A stretch of 64,000 nt of DNA from Candidatus Latescibacterota bacterium (GTDB taxonomy: Bacteria > Latescibacterota > UBA2968 > GCA-2709665). The notes below the pieces were generated by a model, which worked only from the letters and a program-made list of their open reading frames with translations, was not told the origin of the DNA and made no database searches. The stretch is from the NCBI GenBank assembly GCA_965222075.1, contig OZ244937.1, positions 1,984,001 to 2,048,000 of the forward strand, in the 5' to 3' direction. This document shows, piece by piece, positions 48,763-60,500 of the stretch; position 1 is the first letter of the stretch, and each line of letters begins with the position of its first letter. The position numbers and the translations under genes are program-made.

Positions 48763-51700
48763 CGTCCGGACCGGAGGACGATTCGACACGCCCTGTGGCG
48801 ATTTTTGGCAGCGACTTCATACTGGTCATCGTTCGTTGAGCACCCGTATTTCCAGGATCGTCGATTCCAGGACGCTCGGGGAAGCGTCCGGTACTTCGAC
48901 CATTTCGGCTTCGACAGGATGACCCGCAACGCATTTGAATGGAACTTGCTGCACAGATGTCCTTGCCATTTTAGAAGAGGAAGGGGCGGGAAGCGTGTAC
49001 GGATCAGCCTGCGTGACGTCGACGACGTAGCCGATATCGGCCAGAGCCTGGACCGTGACCGCGCTGAGCGGAGCGGGCTCGTCTAAGAGAGAGGTCATGA
49101 GTTCGTCTCCGAGAACGGACTCGCGCCAGTGGTGGTCAACTGAACCAGAGGTAAGTCTCGTGACGCCGTTCTCCACCGGCGCCTTCGCACCCGCGTAGTC
49201 CGCGCCGCCTGCGTCGTCAAATGCCGCGATCGCCAGCGGACCGAGGAAATGAGTGTCGGGAATTTCGTCGCCGATCCTGTCGTATTTCCTCCGGCCCCGA
49301 AGGTAGTGTCGCCATCTGTGTGCAGTGGCTGTAAAACCCAGGGCGTGCGCCATCTCGTGCAAGATGACGGATTTCAGTCTTTCGTCCGACAAGGAACCAT
49401 AGAACGTCTCATCGAACTTCATCCACGAGACGGCCGGCAGGTGGGACTCGAAGCGAAGAATTTTTACGTTTGCAGCGGCTGTCCCAAGAGCCTGGGGACT
49501 CAGTTCCACCTCAATCCGCAGGTCGTCCACCACCTCGCCGTCGACCGTATAATCCGGCAGGCTGTTCCTGATGATGCTCTCCCAGCGCGCTTCCGCGGCG
49601 TCGAATACTGCCTTTTTGGCTGCCGTGGGCGTAAAGTTCTTGAAGACGAACTCGACGTCGAAGGCACTGGTCCCGCTTGTCGTGTATTCGACGGTCCTGG
49701 ACCAGGGACCGGGGCTGTAGTCTCGTTCGGTGCAAGGCTCTCCCCTGTACCTGTAATCCGCCTCATAGGTGGTGCCGGGCTCGACGCCCACTGACGTCAT
49801 GATCGAAATATCCGCGGCACTGGTTTCCGGGTTCGACTGTTCAATGCATCCTGTTATGTAATCACCCTTATATCCGACCCTGACCTTACCCAGCACCTCC
49901 AGGGGCGTCTGCTGTCGAACTCTGACGTCGTATGCGCGGGTTTCCCCGGCTTCGAAGCGATCGGTGAACCGGATGGTGAGGTCCTCGTTGTCGGCATCGA
50001 AAGCAGCAGTGGGATCCGGCAGCGTCGCCGCCTGAACCGTTACGTTAATGGTCTGCGCGGCGGTCTCGCCATAGTTGTCGCTCCCCGTGATTTCAACGGA
50101 CGTGTTGCCCACGGCCACCGGTCGGATCGTCAGATACCAGCCCGCCACCCGTGCGGTCGCGACAGCGTCATCGTTCGACGAGGCGGCGAACCATGCCATA
50201 TCTTGCCCATCCCGGAACCCGTACCACAACGGCACCATTTCCGCGGCGCCCTCGAACGTCAACGTCCTGTCGCCCAGGGGGGTGACGAAGGGCGGTCCGT
50301 TGTAAGTCGCTCCAAAGGCGGATTCCGACCATTCCCCCGTCCCTTCGGCATTGGCGCCCCGCACCTGCACCTCGTACCTGGTGTTGGTCTTCAGGTAATG
50401 AACGTCCGCCTTCTTCTGGTTGGCGGCAGTGCTGTAATAGCTGAGACGCCCGGTGGCGAAGGCGTCGCCGCTGTCGGCGATGCGATATTGCACTTCGTAG
50501 CGGCCAATGTCAGGCCCGTCGTTCTCCGGCACCGACCATTCCACCGACAACGCCCTGACAAATACCGACGCGGAGGCCGCCGGCATGTCGATTTTTCCGG
50601 GCGGCTCGAGCACGTTGGTCACGGTGACGACGATCGGCAGCGCCGTGGTCTTCACCCGGTCGCCGGCGCCGCTGGTCGCCGTTATCTCGACGATGTAATC
50701 GTTGTCGCCCGCTTCACTCGCCGGGACCGTGCTGGCAAGGTCTCCCGGACGGTCGAAGTCGGGAGCGGTCCTGAAGGCCAATGTATTCCCGCTCGTGATC
50801 TCGAACTGATCCTGATCGGCTCCGCCGGTAATTTCATAACCGGTAATACTGTCTTCCGCGTCGGCATCGTCGGCAACGACGTCGCCGGCCATCGTTTCGT
50901 TTTCCTCCACCTCGAAACGCCCGTCGACAGTGAAGACCGGAGGCTGGTTGTCGCTGGTCGTACCGCTGACCGGATCGGACCACCCGCCCTCCCCATCGGC
51001 GTTCCTCGCCCGCACCTGCAACTCGTATTCGGTGTTCGCGGTCAGGTTCCCGACCGTCGCCCTCGTGTCCGTCCCATCGTAATTCACAACGGTGAAGGTA
51101 CCGGCGCCTGTGCGGTATTGAACGTCATAACCGGCGATGGCCGGTCGCCCCGTGTTGTCCGGCGCAGTCCAACTCAGGGTCAGGCTCGTCAACGTCGATG
51201 CCTCCACCCTCGGCGTCCCCGGCATACCTGGCGGTTCATCTGCATCGATCAACTCGATGGTCGCATCGACGGTGGCGCTGCCTCCCTGTGGATCCACCAC
51301 CTTCACCGTCACCGAATAGCTGTTCTTTGTCTCGTAGTCGTAGGTTACGCCCTCTTTGGTCTGAAGCTGACCGTGGCGGCCGCCTTGCACCGTGACGATA
51401 TCGAAACTCCCGGCATCCGTGCCTTCGAGGCTGAAGGCCATCCCGGACCAGATATAGTCGTCCGTTACGTGCAACGGCTCGCCGACGTCCTGGCCGGCCC
51501 CGGTGTTCTCGGCAAAACTGCGAATCGGCGATGCCTCGTCGAACGTCGGCGGTTTGTTGGGTTGGACCGATCCGAAGCCCGAGTCCGACCATTCGCCGGG
51601 TCCGTCATCGTTGATCGCCCGCACCTGTACCTCGACGGCGGTGCCCGGGGGCATGTTTTGGATGTTTTGGACCGTTGTTGCCGTGCCCGTGGTGACGGAA

Positions 51701-54579
51701 GTGTGAACGTAGGACGGCTTGCCGTCCAGGCGGGATCGCAGGTCGTAGCCCGTGATGGGCGTGCCGCCGCTATTCTCCGGCGCCGTCCAACGGATGACCA
51801 GGTAGGCGGGCCGTGGGGACGTCAGGGTCGGTGGATCCGGTTTCCCCGGCGGTTCGCTCTCGTTGGTGACGGTGACAGTGATCGTCTGCTCGGCGGTCAG
51901 CGCGCGGCCTCCCTCGCCGCCGATTACCGTGACCACGACGATGTATGTGTTGTTCCTTCCGTCGTCCGTGGGATTCTCGAAGTTGGTGGCATCCTTGAAG
52001 GTCAGCACGCCCCCGCTATTGATCTCAAGCAGGTCACGGTCAGCACCGCCGGTGACCTCGTAGCCGGTGATGCCGTCGTTCCTGTCGACGTCGGTGGCGG
52101 TCACCCGGCCGACGGACTGCTCGTTTTCATCGACCTTAAAGGCATCGTCGCTGGTGAAATGAGGCGGCTCGTTCACGTCGGTAACGGTAACGGTGATCGT
52201 CTGTGCTGCGGTCAGGGCCCGGCCTCCCGCGCCGCCGGTGGCCGTGACCGCGACGCTGTACTGGTTGTTCCTTCCGGAGTCCTTGGGATCCTCGAAGTCG
52301 GGGGCATCTTTGAAGGTCAACGCGCCTCCGCTGTCGATCTCGAACAGGTTCTGGTCCGACCCGCCGGTGATGGTGTAATTCGTGATATCGTCGGCACTAT
52401 CCTCATCACGGACGACCACTGCGCCAACTGTCGTGCCATTTTCTACCGTCTCGAAGGTCGCGTCGCTGGTGAACGAGGGCGGCTCGTTGACGTCGTTCAG
52501 GTTGATCAACACGCGGATGGTGCGCTCACCGCTGTGCCCGTCGGTTGCTTTGATACGCAGAACGTAGCGGGACTTCGCCTCGTAGTTGTAGGTCTGATCC
52601 GATTTGGTCCGAACTTGACCGCTGCGCGTGTCGATGGTGAAGGCATCTGCGTCTGTGCCTTCCAGGCTGTAGGTCAGCGTCGTGTTCTCGGGATCGGTTG
52701 CGCTTACCGGATCGCCGATGTTCTGCGCGCCCGTGGTGTTCTCGTCGAGGCTGCGCGTGGCGCTCGACCCGTCGGTGAAGACCGGCAGCTCATTGGCGCT
52801 GGTGCTTCCCGTGCCCGACGGCGACCAGTCGCTCGCGCCCTCGGCGTTGCGCGCGCGCACCTGCGCCTCATAGCTCGTTCCCGGGGTCAGGTTGGTGATG
52901 GTCGCGGTCAGGTTCACGCTGTTGTGTGTATAGGAGGTAAAGCCGCCGCTGTCCCCTTCGCGGTATTGGATGTCGTAGTCGTTGATGTCGGGGCCGGTGT
53001 TGGCCGGCTCGGTCCAGGTCACCGTCAGGCTGGTGGAAGAGGCCGCTGAGACGCTGGGTGCTGCCGGGGTCTCGGGCGGTTCCTGTTGGTCTATCAGATT
53101 GATGGTCACCTCGATGGTGTTGCTACCGCCCTGATCGTCTTCTACGCGAACCGTTACCTCGTAGCTGTTCTTCTCTTCGTAGTCGTAGGTTTCGCTCGCT
53201 CTGGTTTGTAGCTGGTTGCCGTCGAGAGCGAAGGACGCCCGGTCCGTGCCTTCGAGACGGTAGGTCAGTGTCCCTCCGTCGCCGTCGGTGGCGGTTACCG
53301 GATTGCCGACGTCCTGCGTGCCCGTCGTGTTCTCCGCCAACCTGCGGGTGGTGCTCGATCCTTCGGTGAAGGTGGGGGCCTGGTTGGCGACGGTTCTCAC
53401 ATCTGCTGATTGGGACCACTGGCTCTCGCCTTCGGGACTACGTGCTAACACCTGCACCTGGTAGAGCGTGTTGGCTTTCAAGCCGGTGATGGTCGTGCTC
53501 CTGCCGGGGCCATTGTGTTGCCAGTCGGTGAACGTGCCGCCGGTTTCCCTGTACTGAATGTCGTAGTCGTTGATGGCAGGACCGGTGTTGATGGGAGCTG
53601 TCCAGCGTATGGATAGGCTACTCAGCGTCGAGGCAGTGACTGCCGGCTTGTCGGGTCTTTCTGGTCGTTCGTTATCGTCATCGGTCACTTCTATCGTCAC
53701 TGTGATGGTCGCCCGCCCGCTATGCTCGTCCTGTGCCTCTACCCTGACCGTATAGCGATCCTTCGTTTCGTAGTCGTAGGTGACGCTCGTCCCGGTCTGC
53801 AGTTGACCGGTGTTCGGGTCGATGGCAAAACTCTCCGTATCCCCGCTGGCGAGGCGGTAACTCACCGTGCTACCCTCGGGATCGGTCGCTCTTACCGGAT
53901 CGCCGACGTCCTGGACGCCTGTCGTGTTCTCGACCAGGCTGCGCGTGGGCGCGGACTCGTCGAATGCCGGCGGCTGGTTGGCACTGGTCGTGCCATAGCC
54001 CGAGGGAGACCATGCACCCGTGCCTTCGTCATTGGTCGCCCGCACCTGCACCTCGTAGCGCGTGTTCACCTTCAGGTCCGCAATCGTCGTGGTCGTGCCC
54101 GTGTTGTGTTGCCAGGGGAGGAAGCTGCCACTACCTGTCCGATATTGCACGTCGTAGTCGTCGATATCAGGACCGGTGTTGACAGGAGCCGTCCACGTCA
54201 CCGTCAGGCTGGTGGATGAGGCCGGCTGCACCTGCGGCCTGTCCGGCGCCTCGGGCGGTTCGTCCACGTCGGCCACATGGATCGTCACGGCAATGGTGGC
54301 ATTGCCGCCGTGACCGTCGTCTGCGGTTATTGTCACCGAATAGCGATTCTTTGTCGCTTCGTGGTCGTAGGTGACGCCCGATAGGGTGCGCAACTGACCG
54401 TTACCTGCGTTGATAGCGAATGAACCGGCATCGTCCCCGCTGAGGCGATAGGTCAGGCTGTGACGGTCGGCATCGGTGGCGCGGACCGGATGCTGGATGT
54501 TTTGACCTGCCGCCGTGTTCTCGGCTACGGTGCGGTTGGTGCCTGGACCGTCGTCGAAGGTCGGAGCATTATTCTGACC

Positions 54580-54648
54580 CGGCGGAGGAGGTGGAGGCGG
54601 TGGAGGCGGTGGCGGCGGCGGAGGTGGAGGCGGTGGTGGAGGCGGTGG
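54580..54648 (-). repeat. poly-proline linker (23 Pro)
   Basis: Run of CCN codons; paralog has 21 Pro plus 1 Arg at 60249-60314. Confidence 0.9.
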
Positions 54649-56178
54649 TGATGTCACGACGACCCTGAAGGTGGTTTCCACACGGTTGCCCTGCGCATCA
54701 ATCGCGGTGAGGGTGATGGTCGCACGACCTGGCCTGTTAGAGGTGATCCTCACCACCGAACCTGAAACACTCACCGCTGCCACATTGGGTTTGGACGAGG
54801 ACACCTCATATTTCAAGGTGGCCTCAGAACGGAAGAGGCCAGACACATCCACAGCCTCCTCACTCCCTTCCGGATTTAGTGTCTGCGTGTCTATTGAACC
54901 AACGACCTCTATGGGCTTCACGAACAGGCGCAGCGGACCGCCCACACCCGTCCGGATACCCTGATAGCCTTCCGGCGCCTCAGACACAGACTCCAGGCTT
55001 ACACAGTCACATTGTCCCCACGCTGCGTCACGGTGATGGGCGTGCTCCTGGTGCTGCCCGCTTCTATGGTGGCCTCGCTGTGCGACAGGCGCCCACCCGT
55101 GACGGACAGACGCACACCCATCTTGAACGGCGCACCCTCGGGAAGGGTGACCCTCACCCTCGCCGGACCGGGTGCAAACACATCCGGCGTATCTGTCCGT
55201 TTCAGTGCCAGCATAAGCGGGAAGGGCGCGCCCGGGTTGTGGTCCAACCACAGCCGTTGCAAACCGGACAATTCGGAGAACACACCCGAAGGCAGCGTGT
55301 GCAACTTGTTCACATAAAGCAACAGGATCTGCAGGTCGGACAGGTCGGAGAACACGCCTCCGGGCAACACGGTCAAAGCATTGCCCCCCAGGTCCAGCCG
55401 TTGCAGGTTGGACAATTTGGAGAACACGCCTCCGGGCAGGCTGCTCAGAGCATTGGCGCCAAGCTGGAGGTCCTGTAAGCTGTCCAGACCGGAGAAGATA
55501 GCTTTGGGCAATGCGGTCAGACTGTTGCTGCCCAAACGCAGGACGCTCAGGTTGGACAGACCGGCAAAATCACCCGCCTTCAAAGCCGTGATCTCCTGCT
55601 TTCTCAAATACAGGGTATCCCTGATCGTGCTCAAGTGCGCCTCTGTGACCAGCGCGCAGTCGGTGATCTCCGGAATCAGGGATAAGAGCACGTCGCGCAC
55701 CTGTGGGGTGCGCCCGCAGATCCCCGGCGCGGTCAGCAGCACGGTTACGGCAATCTCCTGCGTGGCACTCCAGCGGTCATCACTAACTGTGACGGTGATG
55801 GCTGCACGCCCCACAGCCACAGGGCGGATGGTCACGATGGAATCAGACACACTCACCGTCGCAACCGCGTCATCGGACGATGCTGCCGTGTAGGTCAGCG
55901 CCTGACGGCCCGGATGGGTGAACGCGCTTGCCGCATTCACGCGAACGTCGCCATCGCCCAGGATCAGGGTCTGCGCAGGAATAACGCCCACAGGCACCGG
56001 CCCTCCCACAGGTGTGCCGGAAACAGGGGCTGACCATGCACTGGCCCCCTCCTCGTTGAGCGTGCGCACACGCACCTGATACACCTGGTCGTTGGTCAGC
56101 CCCGTCAGCGTGATACTCGTATCGGCGCCACTGCTCAGGGTCTGCCCACTCCCCCATTCACCGCTATCCACAGTCCGG

Positions 56179-56265
56179 CCTGTCTGCGTGCCACGCACAG
56201 GCAGGCCTGCCTGCCCGCCTGCGCGCTGCGCGCGGGCAGGCGCCGAGTCCTGCGCGGCAGGCAGG
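56179..56265. repeat. 87-bp cluster of three palindromic elements inserted in frame in an FN3 domain
   Basis: 27 bp (56179-56205) plus a 33-bp element interrupted by a 27-bp element (56214-56240); absent from the paralog at about 61830-61850. Confidence 0.92.
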
Positions 56266-57424
56266 CGCGCCACCTCATACCCGCTCACCGGGGGCTTGCC
56301 CACTTCGTCGGGCGCCGCATCCCAACGCACTGTCAATGCGGTGTCGCGCGGCGCGACCACCACACCCGGGGGCGGCGCAGCAGGCGGCTCGTCCACGTCG
56401 GTGACGGTGATGCCGACGACGACGCTGGCGCGGCCCCCCTCGCCGTCGCTGACGCGTGCGATCACTGAGTAGCTGCTTTGCGCCTCAAAATCATACGTCC
56501 CCTGTGTCCGTATCTGCCCCGTGCCCGCGTCAATGGCAAAACTGTCCGCATCCGCGCCACGCAGACGGTACGCGAGGGTATTGCCATCCGCATCGGTGCC
56601 GGAGACGGGGGTGCCGATATTTTGTCCCGCCGGAGTGTTCTCAGCGATGGAACGCGTCACCAGCGTCGAGGTGAACACCGGCACGCGGTTCACCGTATTG
56701 CCAAAGCTTCGGGCAAAGATCTCAAAGTCGTCAAACCCGACCCTGCCATCGCTGTTCAGGTCGTACTTTCCCCCATACTGCTCATCACCCTCCTGATACC
56801 CGAACGCGCCGGCAAACAGCACAAAGTCCGCAAAATCCACCAGCCCGCTCCCGTCGAAGTCCGGAGAAGGGGGCGCGGCGACCTGTAAGGCAACGCTGAG
56901 GGATAGCGTCACCGCCCCGGTTTGTTCACCCCGGCCCAGTTCAGCGCCCATCAGCCGAATCTCCGTCTCCAAAAACACATCCGTGGTGCGAAATCGCACC
57001 GTGCCGATCAGACCTGTATTCACCGTAGACCCACTCAGGGACGCGATACCGATCCGAACAGAAATCGAGTCCTGCTCTACAAGGACCTGTGCATCGGGCA
57101 GCACGTCGCCCGCATCAAACCCCTCGTACACAACCTGAGTCGAATCGTATTCAATGCGCGCGGAAAGACTGCTCGCACCTTGAATATCACTGCCAAAAAT
57201 CTGAATGGAAACCACCTGGTCGGGAGACACGTCGAGCGAGGAAACGCCCTGGTCGCCAGCGGCATCGTCAAGGTCCAGCGCGAGCGAAAAGCCGGACGGC
57301 TGCGTCGACGGCGACCACGGGGAAATGAACAGCAAAAGGCTCAGTAAACTGATGGCGCCGAGTGCGAGGGGAAAAATTCCAGAGTGGATTTTCATCTGTC
57401 AATACCTGGTTCAGCCTTTATAGC

Positions 57425-57453
57425 GTAGCGGGCGACCGGCCGGTCGCCCCTAC
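57425..57453. repeat. GTAG-type REP palindrome
   Basis: Minus strand GTAGGGGCGACCGGCCGGTCGCCCGCTAC, lying between the two giant genes. Confidence 0.7.
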
Positions 57454-57512
57454 ACGGAGACGTCCGCTTCGCGGCGTGCCCTTCGCAGCGCCGGTCTCTC
57501 TCACAGCCGGAA

Positions 57513-60500
57513 TCACTCATCGACCTGGGTGCCGAAAACCCAGGGACGCGCCTGCTTGATCGCCAGGACGTCGTCGCTGGTGATCTTGAACTCGATCTCC
57601 ATGGCGAACGGTTCATCGGCTGCGGGGTCGTACAGCTCCTCGAACTCCTCGTGGATCACCTCGAGACGTTCTCTCAACTGGCGCATTTGGTCACGGCTCA
57701 TGAGGAGTTGCCCGGGCGGCACCTGGTTGGAGGTCCCAAGGATGATGTAGGGAGGTAGGAAAGGCGGGTTCAACAGGACTTCCTCCGGCACCGAGTGCGC
57801 GTCGGGATTGGTGACCAGATCCTCGCCGACCTGCGTGTTGACGTAGTAGCGCCCGTCACCGCCGTAGATGGGGTCGAAGCTGACGGCCACGCCGTTGGCC
57901 AGTTCGTCCCTGTAGCTGGGATGCACCAGGATGCCCATCGCCGCCGCCATGTGATCGATGCGATGGAAGTCGCGTTCGACGAAGGCGCGGAAGTTCCACA
58001 GGCTGGCGTACACTTCCTTGAGGGACTTGGCGAGATCCTTCTCGTCCTCGCTCGGCTTCTGGCTCTTGGAATCATACAGCCCCGCGCCGTTGAAGCCCGG
58101 CAGGTCCTCGTTGTTGGTGCTGGACCGGTAGCGGCGGTTGATCCCTGCGGAGAAAGACTCATTCATTGTCTCGATTGCCGAGATGATCCAATCCGGCGTC
58201 TCCGCGTCTTCGATGGCCTTGCGCAGCTTCTTGAGTGAGTCCGCCTGGGCTTCGAAGTCCGTCTGGAAAGCTTCGTCGGCCAGCATGGTTTCAATGCGGG
58301 TGTAGAACCCGTTGTGCTTCATGAACTCGTCGTAGAAGTAGAACGGGATCGCGAAGCCGTCGGGCACCGTCCCCTCCGGAAACCCCAGCGTCCCCAGCAC
58401 CGCCACGTTGGCCGCCTTGACGCCGAACGCGTCCCAGTCATCGAAGCCGATCTCACTGAGCGGCGTGATCTCCGTGACCTCGAGGTCCCGTTGCGGCGTC
58501 TGCGTTGTGGCGGGTCGGGACGATTCGTAGTGGGCATCGACCTCCGCGCGGGTGGCTGCCCGGATCGAGTATCCGTCCCCGGTCACCGTGTAGTGGACGT
58601 GGCTGCCGATGAGAGCATCGATGTCGTTCTTGTCGAGGGCGCCGCGGATGAAGGCGTTGGGAATGCCGTCCTGCACGGCGCGCAGGTTGACATGCGAGAG
58701 CGCCGTCTGGGGCACGGTGGAGATGATGCCGGCGACGCGGGGCAGCTCGTTGGGCAGCGCCTCGTAGATCACGATGTCGCGCGGGTGAGGCCGCTCGTCC
58801 GGGTCCATGACCCGCAGCAGGCCGTACCCCTCCCCCGGGTTCAACGCCAGAAAACTGGTTTCGTCGAGGAACTCATCGTCGAACACGAGGTTGATTCGGG
58901 ACTCCCTGTACAATGGCAAGTCGGATTGGGAATGCACAAGAGCGTCGTTCGATATGTAGAACGCCAGGTCGTCCTCAAGCAGCGGCATGCTGGCGGCAAG
59001 CAGCGTATGGGCGCGCGCCACGACGCTGAAGGAGTACGGATGCTGGCGATAGCTCCACCAGTAGCAGTAGACTCCCGGACTGCCATCGGGGGCAACGAGA
59101 TTCCCACGACGCATGAGACTGCCTTCGATCATCCCCTCCTGTCCCAGCTCGATGCCGATGGCCTCCAGGAACTCTTCATGAATCAAGGTGGTTCTGGTGT
59201 TCATGAAGTAGAGACGCGGGCTGTCGGTGTGCATGCCGAGCAGAACGAACTTGAGGTAGTACCCGCTAAAGGAGATCGCCTTGAATGTTTCCAGATCGGG
59301 AATGGCCAGTGCGCCGGTGGTGAATTCCACGGCCGCGGCAGGGTTGACCGGGTTCATGTCCACCGTGTCGAGTTCGGTGAGGTCGTCAATGCAGTCGCCG
59401 TCGACGTCGGCCGGGTCGGTGACGAGGTACTTCTCCACCCGGTAGCGCTCCCTGGGCAGGGCCGCCACGTTCTCGGCCAGCGTGGTCGTGCCCGCTTCGC
59501 CGCGCTTGACCAGGACCGGCGTCTCTACCGTCGCGCCATCCACGTCGTGCCGGACGTAGAGCACGAAGTACCAGTCGGTCGTGGACGCGACCACGATGGG
59601 CACCGCCGTCACTTCCACTTCCACCGGCGTCGGGGCGTCGGCGCCTTCTGTACAGATCCCCCCCACGCCCGAGGACGACCACTCGCCCGTGCCTTCGTCG
59701 TTGGTTGCCCGCACCTGCACCTCGTAACGGGTGTTGACCTCCAGGTTTGTGATGGTTGTCGTCGTGCCGGCGTCGTGCGGCCAGGGGAGGAAGCTGCCGC
59801 TGCCCGCACGATATTGCACGTCGTAGTCCTCGATGTCAGGACCCGTGTTTGTCGGTTCGGTCCAGGTTACGGTCAGGCTGGTGGACGAAGCTGCCTCGAC
59901 CCTCGGGGCAGACGGCCTCCCGGGCGGTTCCTCGACGTCGGCCACGTGGATGGTGACGTCAATCGTGGCCGTGCCGCCGTTGCGGTCGTCGGCTTCCACC
60001 ATCACCAAATAACTATTCTTTGTCGCTTCGTAGTCATAGGTGACGCCCGATCGGGTGCGAAGCTGACCGTTGCCTGCGTTGATGGCGAATGAATCGGCAT
60101 CGGCCCCGTTCAATCGGTAGGTCAGCCGGTGTCCGTCCTCATCGGTGGCGCGGACCGGATGCTGGATGTTCTGGTTCGCCTCGGTGTTCTCGGCCACGGT
60201 GCGGGTGGCGCTCGGGCCCTCGTCGAAGGTCGGGGCCTGATTGGGACCCGGCGGTGGAGGCGGCGGACGTGGAGGCGGCGGAGGCGGCGGAGGCGGCGGG
60301 GGCGGCGGCGGGGGTGATGTCACGACGACCCTGAAGGTAGTTTCTACACGGTTGCCCTGCGCATCAATCGCGGTGATGGTGATGGTCGCACGACCCGGCC
60401 TGTTGGAGGTAATCCTCACCACCGAACCCGAAATGCTCACCGATGCCACATTGGGTTTTGACGACGACACCTCATACGTCAAGGTGGCTTCAGCACGGAA

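Larger units (their letters stand above)
48826..57395 (-). pseudogene. giant secreted protein, about 2856 aa if repaired: cohesin-like, dockerin, cadherin/FN3 repeats, LRR, poly-Pro, C-terminal leishmanolysin(M8)-like metalloprotease; split by a 1-bp frameshift at about 55001
   Basis: ORFs 54999-57395 and 48826-55251. The paralog reads GTG GTA AGC where this copy reads GTG TAA GC. C-terminal HEMAHALG and HHWRE..ELMT. Confidence 0.85.

Noticed and set aside
48130-48789. 219-aa ORF as an intact gene
   Set aside because: Chimera of antisense intron-like sequence, a truncated paralog head (from ATG 48624) and unrelated downstream sequence
54990-55020. Programmed ribosomal frameshift or phase-variation tract
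   Set aside because: No slippery heptamer or simple-sequence repeat; the paralog shows a plain 1-bp loss
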